Made by a program: the position numbers and the translations under genes. DNA of 64,000 nt, from positions 186,001 through 250,000 of the forward strand of contig QPGO01000048.1 of NCBI GenBank assembly GCA_008632985.1, given 5' to 3'. This stretch comes from Psammoneis japonica (lineage: Eukaryota). Under the pieces are notes generated by a model. The model made no database searches and was not told the origin of the DNA. It was given only the letters and a program-made list of their open reading frames with translations. Within the stretch, counting starts at the first letter, position 1; every line of letters begins with the position of its first letter. Positions 60,401 through 64,000 of the stretch are shown here, piece after piece.

Positions 60401-61000
60401 AGCAGGATGAACTTGCACAGGTCTCCAGCTTCAGCTGTTGCACCCAGCTTGGCAAGTTGTTGTGCACACATGCCCCATGTTGTCTTGACATCAGATTTGC
60501 CATTGCCACCCGCTGTCTCCAAGTTTGCCTCAGCTCTGGCTTCTGCTGCACATTGCTCTGCGTTGAAAGGTGGAGCAAAACATTTGCACTGAACCAAGAT
60601 GTGGAAAATCAACCACAAGAAGCCAATGCAGCAAAGTGGAGCCAATCACCACCTCCATGACCCCACGAACATCTTTGCCAAAGACCCTGCTTTGCCAACA
60701 TTCCCACCTTGGATTGTTCCTGTCAGCTGCTTGCCTTCTTGGGTGTGGCCTGTGGAAATGATTTGTGCAATTGCTGGTCTGCTGAAAAGCATGGATGCAC
60801 ATTGGTGGGTGCCGTGACATTGCTTTTCAATGCAAGACCCAGTCCATGACTGACAATTTTGTGCTGTTGGCAATGCTGTCAAGCATGCTCTGCATCTGCA
60901 CCATGTTCTTTGCAAGTTGGAGGGCCCTTGGGAGGGGCCCATCCTGTTTTTTGTTGTTGACAATGAATCTGCACCCAAGATTCTCAACAACCGCACCCCT
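57500..61000 (+). mobile_element. Second, older Ty1/copia remnant (RT with QVDD motif), heavily mutated
   Basis: 59700-60700 translates as VLPMLQAL, GMLWEKH, ILLL/HQVDDF, LQLPG..PFKC.G, EGTPEQ, FSCCTQLGKLLC...DIRFAIAT, a recognisable CoDi RT with Y->C/H and R->C/H/Q. Outer limits uncertain. Confidence 0.72.
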
Positions 61001-61851
61001 CTGCTGAGTGCTCATGACACACTGACATTCAATTTTTTGCAACCCAGGATTGGAAAGAGGCCAGCAAGATTGCCACATGACATGTTCCTGGTGTTGTCAA
61101 CCCAAGCCATGACTTCACCAAGGCTTTGGGGTGGGCACTGCATGCCAGGCATGCATGCCAAATGATGGGATTACGCCGCTGTTGAGACATTTTGTTCATG
61201 ACTGTGGTGCCTCTGCAATGTTGCCCTTTGTTGTTTTGTGTTTTTGGTTTGACATCATTTTTGTCATTTGGTCTGATTGCATGTCATCATCTTCATGTGA
61301 CCTGCAGTGTCTTGAGCCAAACATTGCAGATGAGGGATGAGTGGTGTCAGCACCTCTCACCCCCAGGTGTGTGCACTGCATGTGTTCAGATGGTCCACAT
61401 CCATGGACAGCAGGTTATGTTGGACCTCATTTACACAGCACTGTACAGGCAGATGTTGCGTTGGCTGAACAGGCCTCAATGTGACATTCCAGCCCCATTG
61501 GTGGGGCATCTCGAAACAGTGTAACAAGAAAGGCAGTTGCAGTTCACAAGGCACAGACTAACGATGATTTTGATTTGAAGGTTGAGCTACAAAAGCACCT
61601 CGAGACACAAAAGAGAGAGCTGACGAAGCAGTAAGAGAGGAGGTTGGCAAGGTTGTGGGTGGCACAAAGGGGAACAACATTGGACTATGTCAGTGGGTCT
61701 CCCAATAAAGCTTTTTTTTATTGAAGAAGAGCCAAACATATTTGACTATGTCCAACTCATGTTATCTACATCTTTAGCTAGCCCTAAGTACCAATTGCTG
61801 CACAAAGCACCTCGACAAAAGGAAATTGAACCTTAACCTACACTTCATGTT

Positions 61852-64000
61852 CTATTTTTTCACAAGCTTGTACATTCCGTCTGGGCCGCATTCGATCTTC
61901 TCTTGTTTGCACAGCTGCTTAAGAAAAACGGTCAACTGGTGTGGTGTCTTATTGTACTTGTGGTCTGAACCTGCCACAAATGTTTTGAGGTTGTTGTGAA
62001 TGCGATCCAACGGGAGTTGCTCTAACCGATTGAGCATGCCGATAATGTACGACTCGTAAATCTCCATTTCTTCTTCTTCCTGAGCGCCAGCTGAGACTGC
62101 TTGCCCCACAGAACCATCTTCCTCATCCATTGCACTGCCCAGTTCGTGCTTAGAATACCAATGATCCCTCGATCCAAGTGCGTAATGAACAGTACCAACC
62201 AACGCAGAATCCGTAGCTTTGATCACACGGTTGCTCACCCAGTAGTTCATCCGCCGTTGGATGATGTGCTCGGCAATGCCGGTTTCATTGGAAAGCTCTT
62301 GCGAAGTCCATTCATCCTTGTCTTCGAAATGGGAAATAAGAGTCGCCAAGAGCGGTGAGCACGAGAATTCTCGCGTTTCTACCACGGAACGTCCATCGGG
62401 TCCTTCCTCGACGACGTCGAGTTCCAATTGGACCGAACCCAACTGATTGAGCCAAACCAGCTTTCTTGGACTCTTAAGTTTCCCATACTCAAGACCAAAC
62501 TGATCCAATCCACTTTGAATCCGTGGGTGATGCTTGAGTTGCTCCTTCTGAAGCGCTGGCCAGAAAATATGGGAAATGATGATCGAATCCACCGGGAGCT
62601 CCTTGTCTGACTTCTGCTTTGCTTTGAGAGTGGAACGTATGTTGGAAACGATTCGTTTGGAGTCATCCGTATCCTTGATCATGATTTCACATTGGCGCAT
62701 ACTCATTTCACCAAATCGTAGCTTCAGCAGTTCCAATGTGTGAACCTCTCTATCCGTGTCGAAATCAAGGTTGGCTATGAGCTTATCGGCCAGCATCAGC
62801 CGATACTCATTTACGAACAGCTCCTTGCTTCCGTAAATGCTTACTAACATTGAGAGAATATCACCTCCACCTCCATGAGAACAGCGAGAATCACCCCTAT
62901 GTTTTAACAAGGAAGGAGCAGGCTTCCAATCAAAGGGAGGCGGTTCTCCCTCATCATCGGAATCCAACTCTACTTGTTCCAAGGGACGAGCATCCTGCCG
63001 CCGAAGTTCGTCGTAAAGAGTATCCCCAGCCTCTTCGTCCGTCAGGCTTGTGATGATACATCGAACTGTGTCACTGCGACCGCGTAGATATGATCGAACG
63101 GGTTGCGCCACCTTTTCAAGCAAGCGATCGGAGGGATCGATCTCACGCAGAACCTTTATTGTGTTGATATACACATCAATAATCTGTGACGTGTTGGCTC
63201 CGGGATGTAGTAAACGACGCATTAGGCTGTCTCGGAGGGCGTTACCCAATTGCTCATTCATTCTCGTTCTTTCCATCACTCGCCCAAGTTCCGTAATTGC
63301 ATTCACGGAATTGGGATAGTCAACCACGATATTAAAAATTTCTTCAATTCTCACGAGACAGAAGCATTCTGCGACACGATAGTCCAGCTGATCATGCCAA
63401 TTGTCTACTTTGTACGCATCAATTCCAACCAAGTCCTGCACCCATGGATCCTTTGCAACGAACACACACAAATTGAGGTCGAGCGAGTGTGGGTGAGTGT
63501 GTTGAAAAAGCTGCTATTTGGGGCATACTCTTTGGACTTACCACGACTTCATTCTTCCATTCCTCGACTGAAGCATACAACGAATCATCTTCGAATTCAC
63601 CTTGAATCTTTCCCCTCACATGCGATAGAATGGCTTCGTGCAAGGTCTCAAACAGAGGGCGAAGAAGCTTTCCGTCCTGTCCCATCCAGCCCAGAGTACG
63701 TAGACTCTGGTAAACCGAGTCCTCGTCGTCCAGCGGTTCTTCTTCCCTCTCTTCCTCCATTTCTTCATCGCTGTCATCAAACTTTGTCTGACGAGTTCGA
63801 AGCGTTGCACGAAAAAGAGGTCTGAAAGAATTTACAAAGCCTGGTGGAGCTGCTAAGAAAACTGCAGCGCTAATGGCTAAACGACGAGACTCGTCCGTTG
63901 AATATTCCGCAACACCAGTGCCATCCGCATTCTAGAGAAAACAAAACAATGGTTTAGAGCAGCATCAGTCACCCCGCAGCAACGTTGTCTTTAAATTTCA
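61852..64000 (-). CDS. ANAPC2: Anaphase-promoting complex subunit 2 (cullin-like), 5' end outside the window
   Basis: RRLLHPGANTSQIIDVYINTIKVLREIDPS, YLRGRSDTVRCII, LVSIYGSKELFVNEYRLMLADKL, LELLKLRFGE, C-terminal winged helix YIIGML...LDRIHNNLK. Confidence 0.94.

Overview
This is eukaryotic nuclear DNA, most likely from a pennate diatom, judged from ASAFAP-type plastid presequences, CoDi-type Ty1/copia elements, a nucleus-encoded Cox1 C-terminal fragment and short GT-AG introns. Gene-dense blocks carry about 19 genes: an aldo/keto reductase, RPS7, DUF4505, U2SURP, a plastid repeat protein, MutS2, SF3B2, an SMP-30-like propeller, a RING-H2 protein, ZSWIM7-like, PAN3, Cox1-c, TAF5, VMA12-like, POLE2, METTL16, a START-like protein, partial APC2 and one uncharacterised charged protein. 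These alternate with four gene-free domains (~1.0-4.7, 14.4-22.7, 40.9-42.3 and 48.8-61.7 kb) that have lost almost all TpA and much CpG in favour of TpG/CpA. The most striking signal is a repeat-targeted TpA->TpG/CpA (A:T->G:C) hypermutation, opposite in direction to fungal RIP. Its direction can be read inside a structurally complete copia element (49529-55611): the TSD, the PBS, the protease DTG site and nearly every conserved Tyr are changed in this way. TpA loss outruns CpG decay and extends into CpG-rich flanks. Other points are an 8-nt microexon in U2SURP, non-canonical AG..CT LTR ends, CTAG/palindrome-dense islands, and single-base frameshifts that suggest an unpolished long-read assembly. 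All counts were made by eye and family calls come from motif recall, not database searches.
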